A DNA stretch of 64,000 nucleotides, from positions 4,025,509 to 4,089,508 of the forward strand of contig OY969556.1 in the NCBI GenBank assembly GCA_963701015.1, written 5' to 3'. This document shows positions 44,831 to 55,929 of this stretch, piece after piece. The position numbers were made by a program, and so were the translations under genes. Position 1 is the first letter of the stretch, and the number at the start of each line of letters is the position of its first letter. The notes beneath the pieces were generated by a model. The model was not told the origin of the DNA and ran no database searches. It saw nothing but the letters and a program-made list of their open reading frames with translations. The DNA is from an uncultured Bacteroidota bacterium. Lineage in GTDB: Bacteria; Bacteroidota; Bacteroidia; Bacteroidales; DTGW01.

Positions 44831-46714
44831 TTATTTTTCAGCCAATAATTTTTCTAATTGATCCAACAGTTCATTCATTTTTGCAATGGTTTGCAATATT
44901 GGCTCAGGCGATGTCATATCAACCCCGGCCTTTTTTAAAATTTCAATTGGATAATCGGAACTGCCCGACTTCAGGAAGTTTAAATATTTATCAATTGCAG
45001 GCTGTTTTTCATTAATTATTTTTTTAATCAATACTTGCGAAGCCGCAAAACTTGTTGCATACTGATAAACATAAAAATTATAATAAAAATGTGGAATTCG
45101 CGCCCAGGTATAAGTTTCTTCCTCATCAATAACCATATCGGGACCTAAATATTTATCAGTAATATTTTTATATAATGCAGTCAGCGATTCTGCAGTTAAA
45201 GGTTCTCCTTTTTCAAGCATTTCATGCGCATCTTTTTCGAATTCGGCAAACATAACCTGTCGGTAGAAAGTAGATGTGATATTTGAAATATACTTTTCAA
45301 GCAAGGCTAGTTTTTCATCTTTCGAACTTGCATTTTTAATCAAATAATCAAGTAACATTGCTTCGTTGCAAGTGGATGCTACTTCTGCAACAAATATTGA
45401 ATAATCGGAATAAATGTATGGCTGTGTTTTTTCGGAATATAACGAATGCATGTTGTGTCCCATTTCATGGGCAAGTGTAAAAACATCACTCAATTGACCG
45501 CTCCAATTGAGCAAAACGTAAGGATGAGTTCCATACGTTGTTCCAGAGGAATAGGCACCATTCATTTTTCCTTTGGTTTCATAAACGTCTATCCAACGGT
45601 TATCAAAAGCAAAATTGAGATTTTTAATATAATCTTCACCCAAAGGTTTTAATGCTTCTCGAACAATTTCAACACTTTTATCATAACTATATTCTTTTTT
45701 AACATCGGGAAATAATGTTACATTAAAATCATAAGGATGAATTTCAGATAACCCGAGTATTTTCTTACGCAAGCGTATCCAACGGTGCAACGGTTCAAGA
45801 TTGCTATCGACAGTTGAAATTAAGTTGTTATAAACTGAAACAGGTATGTTATTTACACTTAAGGCCGCTTCGAGTGAAGAACTGTATTTTCGGGCTTTTG
45901 CAGTAAAAATAGTGGTTTTAACCTGACCGCTATATAAAGATGCTAATGTATTGCTGAATTCTTTGTACGGTTTATAAAATGCCTTGTATGCCTTTTCACG
46001 ATAAGCCCTGTCGGTGCTATAAATTGCAGCATAATATCGGCCTTGCGAAAGTTGTATCTCTTTTCCATCCGTTCCGGTAATAGTAGGATAAGGGAAATCG
46101 GCATTAGTAAATACCTCAAAAGTGTTTTCAGGAATTTGGGTAACTTCCCCGGCCATTGCTAATAAAGCTTCCTGATCTTTTGGCAAAATATGGGCTTTCA
46201 TCCTTTGCAGCGATTCGAAATCGTGTTTGTAAATTTTTAATTCAACATTTTCGACCATGAATGAATCTATTCTTTCTTCAGGAATGCTTAAAAGCTCAGG
46301 TTGAAGAAATGAACCTGTTGTACTTACTTTTAAATTCAATTGGTTTATCCTATCGAAGCGACCTAAATTAGTTGAGTTAGACAGATCGAGATTTTTTGAA
46401 CTTGAAGCATATAAATACAGTTTTCCAATTTTAATTGAAATTTCTTCATCGAATTTTAAAGCGGCTAAAAGTTCATTTGCAGATGAACCTAGCTTTCCTT
46501 CAAAATTTTTATAGTTTTTAAAATTTTCGCTAACCCATACAAAATCTTTTTCCCATAATTCATCACTTGCATAAATATCTGCAAGGTTCCAAGTATATTT
46601 CGGGTCAATTTTATCGTGGGTTGGTAGTTCAGCACTGCTTTGTGCTGAAGAATTGTTTGCCATCCAAATACAAGAGGTCATAAAAGTTAATATTTTCAAA
46701 TTAAAACTGTTCAT
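44831..46714 (-). CDS. pepF: M3B oligoendopeptidase F
   Basis: 627-aa ORF with the HEMGH zinc motif and a signal peptide. Confidence 0.8.
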   Translation of the reverse strand: MNSFNLKILTFMTSCIWMANNSSAQSSAELPTHDKIDPKYTWNLADIYASDELWEKDFVWVSENFKNYKNFEGKLGSSANELLAALKFDEEISIKIGKLYLYASSSKNLDLSNSTNLGRFDRINQLNLKVSTTGSFLQPELLSIPEERIDSFMVENVELKIYKHDFESLQRMKAHILPKDQEALLAMAGEVTQIPENTFEVFTNADFPYPTITGTDGKEIQLSQGRYYAAIYSTDRAYREKAYKAFYKPYKEFSNTLASLYSGQVKTTIFTAKARKYSSSLEAALSVNNIPVSVYNNLISTVDSNLEPLHRWIRLRKKILGLSEIHPYDFNVTLFPDVKKEYSYDKSVEIVREALKPLGEDYIKNLNFAFDNRWIDVYETKGKMNGAYSSGTTYGTHPYVLLNWSGQLSDVFTLAHEMGHNMHSLYSEKTQPYIYSDYSIFVAEVASTCNEAMLLDYLIKNASSKDEKLALLEKYISNITSTFYRQVMFAEFEKDAHEMLEKGEPLTAESLTALYKNITDKYLGPDMVIDEEETYTWARIPHFYYNFYVYQYATSFAASQVLIKKIINEKQPAIDKYLNFLKSGSSDYPIEILKKAGVDMTSPEPILQTIAKMNELLDQLEKLLAEK

Positions 46715-46807
46715 GTCTGTTGTTTTACAACGTATTTTATTGTGAATTAGAATTTTTATTGATTTTAAATTAGCACATTGCTAAAACGAGTTCCCTGCAC
46801 ATATGGT

Positions 46808-48940
46808 TTATACCCTAACACCAATTACCATTATATCATCTACCTGGTCAAGTTCGCCTCGCCAGTCAGTGATAGTTTTATCGAGCAATTCTTTTTGATT
46901 TTCCATTGGTTCATTTTGCAAACCTGCTAAAAGTTGTTTGAATTTTTTACTCATAAATTTTTTACCACTTTCGCCACCAAATTGGTCAATATATCCGTCG
47001 GAAAATATATATAACGAATCACCTTTTTGCAATTGCAGTTCATTATTTGTAAAAGGTATATTCAATTTATCGTGGAAACCAACTGGCATACGGTCAGCAT
47101 TGGTTTCAATAATTTCCGAATTGCGGATTAATATTAATGGATTAAAAGCTCCTGCAAATTGAACAGTTGCAGCATCTTTATCAATCATACAAAGTGCTAC
47201 ATCCATACCATCTTTTGTTTCTTCCGTTTTGCCTCGCTGATGAAGTGCATTTACAATTAAATGGCGTAATTGGTCAAGCATATGAGCTGCATTGGAAAAA
47301 TCGCCTTTTGTAACAATTTCATTCAACATAGTAATACCCAACATGCTCATAAAAGCTCCGGGCACACCGTGACCAGTACAGTCGGCAGCTGCAATAATAA
47401 CTTTATTGTCTTTTTGGTTTATCCAATAAAAGTCGCCACTGACTATATCTCGAGGCTTGTATAAAATGAAATACTGAAGTCCATAATCTTCCAATATTTT
47501 GGTAGAAGGCAATACCGCACGCTGAATTCGGCTTGCATAGTGGATACTATCAGTAATTTCTTTTTTCTGTTGGAATATTTGGTCGCGTTGGAGCTTAATT
47601 TCATCGTTTTGTTGCGCCAGCAAAATATTTGCCTTTTTCTTTTCTGCAAATTGCCTATAAAGGACAAATGAAAAACCTATTACCAAAAGCGCTATCAAAG
47701 CAACTCCCAATAAAAGTATATTTTTCCGTTTGGCTTCCAAATCCTTTTTTTCTAAATCCTTTTTATTCAATAATATTTCCTTATCTTTTTTGTCCGATTC
47801 GTATTTAGTTTGAAGTTCCTGCATTTGTTTTAAGTAATCTTCACCCATTAGGGAATCTTTAATTGTGCTAAAAGATTGGTAGTCATTATATGCCATTTTA
47901 TAATTACCCAATGCATATTGTGCATTGGCTATTTGCTTATATGTATCGGAGATTTCTTTTTTAAGTTTTTGGGCTTTAAATATTTTAATGGCTTCAGAAT
48001 AATAATTCAATGCAGTTTGGTAATTTTTATCAGATGAATGTACTGTTCCTATTGCTTTAAGTGAATTTGCCATATTTACAATATCTCCCATTTGTTTGTA
48101 TGTACTATAGGCACTTTGTGCAAACCGGAGGGCTTGTTCATTGCTGCCCATTTCTAAATATACAACTGAAAGATTATTTTCTACCCTGGCTATATTGGTC
48201 GGAATTTTTATTTCTTCAAATAATTTTAAAGCACCTTTTAAGTTATCTAATGATTTGGCATAATTTTTTTTCTTTTGATAAATCAGGCCAATGTTAATCA
48301 TAACCATGCCCATATAACTTTTATCACCTGCTTTTTCAAACAACTTAAAGCCTTCCTGGTAACTTTTTAAAGCATTATCATTATCATGGAGTATATAATC
48401 ATAAATTAGTCCAATATTGCTTAAAGCCAAACCTGTTTGCAGAGGATATCCCAGTTCTTCATATATACTTTGACTTTCCTGAAAACATTTGATAGCTTTT
48501 TGATAATTACCTTGTTGTTTGTATATTACTCCAAGATAGTTAAGAACATAGGCAGTTTGTTTTTTTAATTTTAATTCCCTTGATATATTTAATGAACTTA
48601 AATTATAATCAAGCGCTTTCGTTAAATCTCCTTTTTGATAATAGCCCATTCCAAGCCCATTATAAGCATAAGCCAATTCCTTTTCATTATTATATTTTTT
48701 ACTTAATTCAAGGGCTTGTTGTGCAAACTCTATAGCTTTATCATTTGAATAATTCAGTTCTTCATAGCTTAAGTCATTAAGAATATGTGCTTTACTAGAA
48801 TCGGGTGCGGTCTTTAAAACATTCAACAAACTATCAATATATTCTGTTCCCTTTGCAGGATATACAATACCTAAAATTATACTGCATAGCAATAAGAACT
48901 TTATTTTTTTAAATTTTATAGAATCTAATAAAATCAACAC
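46808..48940 (-). CDS. TPR-repeat, membrane-anchored SpoIIE/PP2C-family phosphatase
   Basis: N-terminal TPR array, one TM segment, a coiled coil, and a C-terminal PP2C domain (SGDFYW...AADCTGHGVPGAFMSM...DGYIDQ...DDIMVIGVRV). GTG start. Confidence 0.8.
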   Translation of the reverse strand: MLILLDSIKFKKIKFLLLCSIILGIVYPAKGTEYIDSLLNVLKTAPDSSKAHILNDLSYEELNYSNDKAIEFAQQALELSKKYNNEKELAYAYNGLGMGYYQKGDLTKALDYNLSSLNISRELKLKKQTAYVLNYLGVIYKQQGNYQKAIKCFQESQSIYEELGYPLQTGLALSNIGLIYDYILHDNDNALKSYQEGFKLFEKAGDKSYMGMVMINIGLIYQKKKNYAKSLDNLKGALKLFEEIKIPTNIARVENNLSVVYLEMGSNEQALRFAQSAYSTYKQMGDIVNMANSLKAIGTVHSSDKNYQTALNYYSEAIKIFKAQKLKKEISDTYKQIANAQYALGNYKMAYNDYQSFSTIKDSLMGEDYLKQMQELQTKYESDKKDKEILLNKKDLEKKDLEAKRKNILLLGVALIALLVIGFSFVLYRQFAEKKKANILLAQQNDEIKLQRDQIFQQKKEITDSIHYASRIQRAVLPSTKILEDYGLQYFILYKPRDIVSGDFYWINQKDNKVIIAAADCTGHGVPGAFMSMLGITMLNEIVTKGDFSNAAHMLDQLRHLIVNALHQRGKTEETKDGMDVALCMIDKDAATVQFAGAFNPLILIRNSEIIETNADRMPVGFHDKLNIPFTNNELQLQKGDSLYIFSDGYIDQFGGESGKKFMSKKFKQLLAGLQNEPMENQKELLDKTITDWRGELDQVDDIMVIGVRV

Positions 48941-49054
48941 CTACAAATTTTTTAAGTTACTTTATTAAATTGATATCAGTTTAAGTAAATGTATCAAAGT
49001 TAATAAAATTTTTTCGGCAGCATTTTTTGTTTAAAATAAAAACTACTTAATTCT

Positions 49055-49188
49055 ACTTTAACAGATTCGAAAACAAACTGTTTTTACCCTTAGTCCCTAA
49101 AGGGAACAGTTTGATTTTCAGCTTTCACCCTTTAGGGTTTGGGGTAAATAAAGCTGAAAATCATAGAAGACAGTTAATGTGTTAAAGT
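49055..49188. mobile_element. MITE-like element, copy 2 (inverted relative to copy 1)
   Basis: The ends are ACTTTAACAGAT and ATGTGTTAAAGT (1 mismatch). The interior aligns with the reverse complement of 5188-5297. TA dinucleotides flank it on both sides. Confidence 0.8.
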
Positions 49189-49265
49189 AGGATTAAATTT
49201 TTATAACATTCAACTTAATAATGGTTTATAAATATAAACCTATTTTTGTATTTAATACTTTGTTC

Positions 49266-50792
49266 ATGAAAATTTTCAAATCAAATCAAGTTAAATTAAT
49301 TGATGATTACACCATCAAGAATGAACCTGTTAAGTCAATTGAATTGATGGAGCGGGCTGCATTTCAATGTGTTTCGTGGATAATGTCAAACTATAGTCGT
49401 TCTATCTGTTTTAAAATTTTTGCAGGGTTTGGAAACAATGGCGGTGATGGATTAGCAATTGCAAGAATATTATTAATGAACGATTATAAAGTTGAAGTTT
49501 ATTTGATCCAAGCGGGTTCAAAATTATCAACTGATTGTATGTTGAATTTAGAAGCCTTGCAAAAATTAGGGTTTAGTCAGATTCTTGAAATTAATAAAGA
49601 AATTGATTTACCACAAATTGACCGGGATGATATTATTATTGATGCATTATTTGGGTCAGGCTTGAGCAGGCCATTGGAAGGAATTTTTGAAACTACAGTC
49701 CATTATTTAAATAAAATAAATTGTGAGAAAATTGCAATAGACATCCCATCCGGCCTCAATGGAGAAGGAATTGCAATACATGAAACAGTTTTTAAAGCAA
49801 ATCATACTTTAACTTTTCAATTCCCATTTTTGTCATTCTTTTTTGCTGAAAATACTGAATATATAGGTGAATATCATGTTCTTGATATTGGTTTGCATCC
49901 TGATGCAATTAAAAACATGCAATCTGAATTTATATTATCTGAACAAAATGATATAACATATAATCAAAGGTCGAAATTTGGCCACAAAGGAACATTTGGT
50001 CATGGTTTACTAATTGCCGGAAGTAAAGGAATGGCCGGCGCTGCTGTATTATCATCGAAAGCTGCGTTGCATAGTGGTTGCGGATTGGTTACACTGCATG
50101 CTCCGAAGCATGTTACATCTATTTTACAAACATCATTCCCCGAAGCTTTGGTTTCAATTGATAAAAGTGTTGATTTCCCATTCGAATTACCTTATATCTC
50201 AAAATATACTGCAATTGCAATTGGACCTGGAATTGGAGTTTCTGAAAAAAGCAAAAATATTCTCAGACAACTTTTAAATCAATGGAAAAAGCCTTTGGTA
50301 ATTGATGCTGACGCCTTAAATATTATAGCTTCGGAGAAAGAGATGTTAAAAATGATTCCGGATAATTCAATTTTAACTCCTCACCCTAGAGAATTTGACA
50401 GATTATTTGGGGTTTCAACAAATAGTTCTGAAAGGCTTCAAAAACAAATAAATGCATCTGCTGAACATAAAATTATAATTGTTTTGAAGGGGAAATATAC
50501 TACAATATCTTTACCCAATGGAACTTGTTATATAAATTCAACTGGGAATTCAGGAATGGCAACTGCCGGAAGTGGCGATGTGCTGACTGGTATAATAGTT
50601 TCGCTGCTTGCTCAAGGTTATAAGCCTGAACAAGCTGCAATTACAGGAGTATATTTGCATGGTTTGGCAGGAGATGAAGCTAAAGTATCACTTGGAGAGG
50701 AGTATATGGTGGCATCTGATATAATAAGAGCAATTTCAAAAGCGTTTAATAAATTAAAGTACAACACAAAGATTTTGCAAACAATACTTTGA
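49266..50792 (+). CDS. nnr: bifunctional NAD(P)H-hydrate repair enzyme Nnr (epimerase + ADP-dependent dehydratase)
   Basis: YjeF-N (GNNGGDGLAIAR) and YjeF-C (GPGIG...GSGDVLTG) domains. The ATG at 49266 is preferred. Confidence 0.85.
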   Translation: MKIFKSNQVKLIDDYTIKNEPVKSIELMERAAFQCVSWIMSNYSRSICFKIFAGFGNNGGDGLAIARILLMNDYKVEVYLIQAGSKLSTDCMLNLEALQKLGFSQILEINKEIDLPQIDRDDIIIDALFGSGLSRPLEGIFETTVHYLNKINCEKIAIDIPSGLNGEGIAIHETVFKANHTLTFQFPFLSFFFAENTEYIGEYHVLDIGLHPDAIKNMQSEFILSEQNDITYNQRSKFGHKGTFGHGLLIAGSKGMAGAAVLSSKAALHSGCGLVTLHAPKHVTSILQTSFPEALVSIDKSVDFPFELPYISKYTAIAIGPGIGVSEKSKNILRQLLNQWKKPLVIDADALNIIASEKEMLKMIPDNSILTPHPREFDRLFGVSTNSSERLQKQINASAEHKIIIVLKGKYTTISLPNGTCYINSTGNSGMATAGSGDVLTGIIVSLLAQGYKPEQAAITGVYLHGLAGDEAKVSLGEEYMVASDIIRAISKAFNKLKYNTKILQTIL

Positions 50793-50840
50793 AATTAGGA
50801 ATATAAGCGTTGTATACACTTTTATAAATTGATTTTTAAA

Positions 50841-51938
50841 ATGAAAAGACTGGTAGTTAGTTTATTGATAAGTTGTTTTTTATATACTATTAATTTTGGG
50901 CAAGGGATCAATTTGGTTCAAAAAGTTGGGGAAAGACCAATAAAATCTCAGGAAGACCAGTTTATTTATTGCCTGCCCCGCACATCACTCTCTATCAGGG
51001 TTTACTCAAGCAGAAAGATTACATTGTGTGGCCCTTATTTTGCTTATGCTGAAGAAATGCTAGGAATTAAAGGCGTTCCTGCTGAGAATATGGTTGAATG
51101 GCATATTGATAGTATTCGTATTTTTCCTTTCAATGAACCCGATCCTTCTGAATTTTATTCAATTACAACAGAAAAAGGTTTTAGACCAGGTTCATTTTTT
51201 GATTTGAACAAAGCTGATTTTATTATAGATCCGTCCATTCCTGACCAATTGAACTCAGAAAACTTTTCCGATCACAACCAAAATAAAAAACTGCCCTACG
51301 CATTTAAGGAACTTACTATGCAAGGTTCATATACTACAACTGCCGATACATTTTATAAAACAATTTTAAAAGACTCAATGTATATACGTGTACCGATAAT
51401 CAGACAAAGAACCGAAGTCCGTACATTAAAAGATAAAGCAAAAGAAGCAGCTGATATTATAATGAGAATAAGGCAACGTCGTTTTGATTTAATTATGTCA
51501 GAAGATGTGGCGTTGCCTGAAGCAAATTCATTCAAACTCGACCTGGATGAATTGCGTGAAATGGAAGATTCATATACTGCTTTATTTATTGGAAAACGAA
51601 TGGCGGAGCAACATTTAGATATTTATTATTTTTCTCCGTCAGCAAATACAACCAATGAAAATCAATTTGAATTGTTCCGTTTTTCTTCAAAAGGTGGGAT
51701 TGGTGATAAAACCAATGCTGAAGTAACCCCTGTAGTTATTATGTTTGAGAAAGATGGCGATACAAAAGTATTAAACGATTGGTTGAAAAATGCCGATAAG
51801 CCTCAGAAAGACCATTTATTTTATAGAATTCCCGATAATGCAATGGTAAATGTTTTATGGAAAGGCAATATTTTAGCTTCACAAAAGCTACTATTTTATC
51901 AATTTGGAACAACCGTTCCTTTTCCAGTAAAACCTTAA
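50841..51938 (+). CDS. hypothetical secreted protein or lipoprotein
   Basis: Has a signal peptide. I do not confidently recognise a family (possibly DUF4831-like). Confidence 0.45.
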   Translation: MKRLVVSLLISCFLYTINFGQGINLVQKVGERPIKSQEDQFIYCLPRTSLSIRVYSSRKITLCGPYFAYAEEMLGIKGVPAENMVEWHIDSIRIFPFNEPDPSEFYSITTEKGFRPGSFFDLNKADFIIDPSIPDQLNSENFSDHNQNKKLPYAFKELTMQGSYTTTADTFYKTILKDSMYIRVPIIRQRTEVRTLKDKAKEAADIIMRIRQRRFDLIMSEDVALPEANSFKLDLDELREMEDSYTALFIGKRMAEQHLDIYYFSPSANTTNENQFELFRFSSKGGIGDKTNAEVTPVVIMFEKDGDTKVLNDWLKNADKPQKDHLFYRIPDNAMVNVLWKGNILASQKLLFYQFGTTVPFPVKP

Positions 51939-51944
51939 TAAATG

Positions 51945-52898
51945 TTAAAAAATTGCCTGGGCAATTTGCTTAACATTGTCAGAAATGCCATAAGTGTAAA
52001 AATGTATAGCCGGAGCGCCATTTGAAATTAATTCCTTCGATTGTATAATGGCCCATTTTATCCCAACTTCTTTAACATCCTGGTTGTTTTTGCATTTTTC
52101 TAATTCTTTATAAAACTCCTGGGGAATATCGCAACTAAAAATCTGTGGAACTAGTTTTATATCATTAAGTGTGGATAATGGTTTAATACCAGGAACAATT
52201 GGAACAGTAATACCAATTTCACGACATTTTTTTACGAATTCAAAAAACTTATTATTGTCAAAAAATAACTGTGTTACAATATAATCAGCTCCGGCATCAA
52301 CTTTTTCTTTTAAATATTTTAAGTCAACATCCATGTTTGGCGCTTCAATATGTTTTTCGGGATAACCGGCAACACCTACGCTAAAATTGGTTGGAACAGG
52401 GTTTTTTAAAGTTGGGTCGAGATAAATTCCTTTATTCATATCCATTATCTGGCGAACCATTCCACTTGTATTGGCATGACCATTTTTTTCAGGCATAAAT
52501 ACCTTCTGGCCTTTCGGGGCATCGCCACGTAACAATAAAAGATTATCAAGACCAAGAAAATGGAAATCAATCAAAAGGTCTTCAATATCATCTTTTGTAT
52601 GGCCTCCGCAAATTAAGTGAGGCACAACGGTTATATTATATCTGAATTTAATTGCAGCAGAAAGCGCCACGTTCCCTGGACGTTTACGAACAACTTTTTT
52701 TTCTATTGTTCCATCAAAATTTGTATTAAAAACTGTTTCGTGCTGGTGGTACGTAATGTTAATGTTGATAGGATTAAATTCTATTAACGGATCAATGGCT
52801 TTGTAAATATCGTCAATGCTTCGACCTTTTAATGGAGGAAGTAATTCAAAAGAAAAAAGAGTTTTTTTGGTGGAAGCCAATTGATCTGAAATTTTCAT
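51945..52898 (-). CDS. metF: methylenetetrahydrofolate reductase
   Basis: FSFELLPPLKG N-terminus, 317 aa, typical MetF. Confidence 0.85.
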   Translation of the reverse strand: MKISDQLASTKKTLFSFELLPPLKGRSIDDIYKAIDPLIEFNPININITYHQHETVFNTNFDGTIEKKVVRKRPGNVALSAAIKFRYNITVVPHLICGGHTKDDIEDLLIDFHFLGLDNLLLLRGDAPKGQKVFMPEKNGHANTSGMVRQIMDMNKGIYLDPTLKNPVPTNFSVGVAGYPEKHIEAPNMDVDLKYLKEKVDAGADYIVTQLFFDNNKFFEFVKKCREIGITVPIVPGIKPLSTLNDIKLVPQIFSCDIPQEFYKELEKCKNNQDVKEVGIKWAIIQSKELISNGAPAIHFYTYGISDNVKQIAQAIF

Positions 52899-53019
52899 AT
52901 TCTATTTGTATTTTAAATTCAATTCAAAATTTAACTTAATGCTAATTAATTTTGAATGCAATTTTAGGGTTAATAAAATAAATATGCAAATTCGATTTAT
53001 TAAAGAAAGTGAGTAGGAT

Positions 53020-54189
53020 TTAAGAAGGTATCAGGTTACTATGATTTTGCTTAAATTTTGGAATTGTGATTTTAAATATACTTCCCTGGCCTTTTGTGCT
53101 TTCAGCTTCAATTTTACCATAGTTGAGTTGAATAAACTCATTGCATAAAATCAATCCTAATCCTGTTCCTCTTTCTTTTTCAGTTCCGAGTGTAGTATAA
53201 TCATTGCTTAAGCTGAATAAATTCGTAAGTTTTAAAGGATCAATCCCAACGCCATTGTCAATAACTTCTAAAATTACATTTTCATTTGAGTTCTCTGATT
53301 TAATTGTAATAACACCTTTACGTGGAGTAAATTTTATGGCGTTTGAAATGAGGTTTCGAATTACAGTGCGGATCATATTCTGGTCAGCATAAACATATAT
53401 ATCAGTCGGTATTTTTTGATTTATTTTAATTTCTTTCTTTGATGCAATTCCTTGTAATAGATTCACAGACTCTAAGGTTATATTGTTTAAGTTAAATATA
53501 ACAGGATTAATGTCAATTTTACGTGTATTTGCCCTAGCCCAATCTAATAAATTTTCCAATAGTTGATGCCCATGGTTGGCTGCTTTTGACATATATTCAA
53601 TATATTCCTTAATTTTTTGTTCATTATATCTTTCAAAATTAGTAAGTAAAAGAGTAGAAAACCCAACCAATGAATTAAACGGGCTACGCAAGTCATGTGC
53701 AATAATAGAAAGGAACTTCATTTTAGCAAGGTTCGATTCTTTAAGTTTATTTTCAATATCAATTCGTTCAGAAATATCAAATCCAATTCCAATAAAACCA
53801 GACAATATCCCATCTTTAATTATTTTTGAAAAGTAAGCGGTAAACGGAAATTGGCTGCCATCCTTGTGAATAGCGGTTAGTTCTTTGGCATGAAAATTTC
53901 CCCTGTTTTGTTCTTTTAAATAAAGTTTTCTGATATGGATAAGACTTTCAGCAGTTATTATGTCTTTTAAATAAATGCCATCTTCCATTTCATTTTCAGT
54001 AAACTTGAATTTTTCGATACAGGTATTATTAAGGAAAGTAAAGCGTTCGTTCATGTCTATCAGGAAAACAATCTCGGGCAAATCCCTGAGAATCGAGAAT
54101 TCCCTTTCTTTAAGGGTTTTATTTTCAGCTTCAAGTAACTTAATTTTTCGTTCAAGTTCCTCACAAACATATTGCAAGTCAGCAACCAT
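53020..54189 (-). CDS. PAS-domain sensor histidine kinase
   Basis: PAS segment, then HisKA (FLSIIAHDLRSP) and HATPase_c (GTGLGL). Confidence 0.8.
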   Translation of the reverse strand: MVADLQYVCEELERKIKLLEAENKTLKEREFSILRDLPEIVFLIDMNERFTFLNNTCIEKFKFTENEMEDGIYLKDIITAESLIHIRKLYLKEQNRGNFHAKELTAIHKDGSQFPFTAYFSKIIKDGILSGFIGIGFDISERIDIENKLKESNLAKMKFLSIIAHDLRSPFNSLVGFSTLLLTNFERYNEQKIKEYIEYMSKAANHGHQLLENLLDWARANTRKIDINPVIFNLNNITLESVNLLQGIASKKEIKINQKIPTDIYVYADQNMIRTVIRNLISNAIKFTPRKGVITIKSENSNENVILEVIDNGVGIDPLKLTNLFSLSNDYTTLGTEKERGTGLGLILCNEFIQLNYGKIEAESTKGQGSIFKITIPKFKQNHSNLIPS

Positions 54190-54354
54190 AAGGTCAATTA
54201 TAATTTCCGTTCGAGTAAATTACGCTTTTGTATAAAACAAATCAAAGTTTAAAAAAAATGTTCTTAGAATGAAACTATTTTGACCAAAATAAGGATTTAA
54301 TTCAAAATATTTTCTTAAGCTATGAATGTCAGTAGTTTAAGTACTTGATAAGTT

Positions 54355-55212
54355 TTATCTGAAATGATAATTTTTATTTGTTGGGCTGAATTCATCCCAT
54401 TCAAATTGCTTGTTTATTTGAAGGTTGTTGTACGAATACGAACCATAAAGTCCTTTATTGTCGAAGATGTCAATTTGTACTGGCATTAAAATAGACTTAT
54501 CAAGGTATAAAACCATTTTTGAGGCATACGAATTTGGGATTTTAATTACCTGGCCTGGTTTAACATCGTTATAATTTTCTATTTTAGGATTATTTTCTAA
54601 TATCATATAATCATTGGTGTACATACATTTTGCAATAGTAGTAAGGTTTTCATTTGCCTGAACAGTGTAATTAATAAACTGAAAATTGTTGTTGTATAAC
54701 ACAATTTTATAACAATCCTTGCCATCTTTAATTTCAGAACCTTCCAGTTCAATTTTAATATCATCGGGATGTGATTTTATAATAGCTTCAATTACGTTTG
54801 AAAAATATGTAAATCCAGCTTCGAAAATTGTATGGTGATGGTTTTCACGCACCCGTTTCCCTTTCGGGTCAAGGGAAACTTGTATCCAGGGAAACCCAAT
54901 AGTTGCAATAAGCAATTTATTATTATTGGTACCTTCCACATATAATGCATCAAGTTTTATTCCAATAAATGATTGTCGTACATAAATTTTAACAGGTGAA
55001 TTATTAATTTTGAAAAACGATTTTTTTACAACCATTTTACCTTTAATACGTTCACTCATTACTGCATTATATTCAATAGTATTTACCTTTTCCGAATTTT
55101 CAATCATTGATTGTAGTAACTTTACAGCATCGTCAGTTGATTGCGAATTTATTGCAAAGCAAGAAATAATTATTGAAAATATCAGTAATAGAACGATTTT
55201 CAAAAATTTCAT
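54355..55212 (-). CDS. hypothetical secreted protein with a LysM-like segment
   Basis: Signal peptide and a LysM-like stretch (NENLTTIAKCMYTNDYMILENNP...VKPGQVIKIP). Confidence 0.4.
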   Translation of the reverse strand: MKFLKIVLLLIFSIIISCFAINSQSTDDAVKLLQSMIENSEKVNTIEYNAVMSERIKGKMVVKKSFFKINNSPVKIYVRQSFIGIKLDALYVEGTNNNKLLIATIGFPWIQVSLDPKGKRVRENHHHTIFEAGFTYFSNVIEAIIKSHPDDIKIELEGSEIKDGKDCYKIVLYNNNFQFINYTVQANENLTTIAKCMYTNDYMILENNPKIENYNDVKPGQVIKIPNSYASKMVLYLDKSILMPVQIDIFDNKGLYGSYSYNNLQINKQFEWDEFSPTNKNYHFR

Positions 55213-55333
55213 GATAGTAATTTAATTTTTTTTCGTTTGCAAATATAAAAGAAATGTCATTGTTACGTTAAATCTATTTCAACCTGATTGGCACTCTTTA
55301 AAAAAATTGTAATTTAGCTTATAAATTAATCTT

Positions 55334-55906
55334 ATGATTAACGATTTAGTATTAAGAAACAGAAGTTATAGAAGGTTTTTTCAGGAAGAACTTATTCCGA
55401 AGCAAATATTATTGGAATTGGTTGACCTGGCAAGGTTATCAGCTTCTGCCAAAAATATGCAATCATTAAAATATATTCTCTCAAATGATACAAAGAAGAA
55501 TAATTTAATTTTTCCCACACTTGCTTGGGCTGCATACTTAAAAGATTGGGATGGTCCGGTGGAAGGGGAGCAACCATCTGCTTATATCATTATATTAAAC
55601 GACAACACTTTATCAACCAATTATTTTTGCGACCATGGAATTGCTTCTCAAAGTATTTTATTAGGTGCAGTTGAAAAGGGATTAGGTGGTTGCATAATTG
55701 CCAGTATTGCCCGTGACAAGCTTAGAACGATTTTGCATATCCCTGAAAAATTTGAAATTGTGCAAATTATTGCACTTGGTAAACCTAAAGAAACTGTTGT
55801 TATTGAGCCATGTTACGAAAATGGCGATATTAAATATTGGCACGATGAAAATCAAATACATCATGTGCCTAAACGCTTATTAAATGAAATTATTTTAAAA
55901 TATTAA
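55334..55906 (+). CDS. nitroreductase-family protein
   Basis: RRSYRRF N-terminal motif, 190 aa. Confidence 0.75.
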   Translation: MINDLVLRNRSYRRFFQEELIPKQILLELVDLARLSASAKNMQSLKYILSNDTKKNNLIFPTLAWAAYLKDWDGPVEGEQPSAYIIILNDNTLSTNYFCDHGIASQSILLGAVEKGLGGCIIASIARDKLRTILHIPEKFEIVQIIALGKPKETVVIEPCYENGDIKYWHDENQIHHVPKRLLNEIILKY

Positions 55907-55929
55907 CCTTCACCCAAACCTTAATTATT

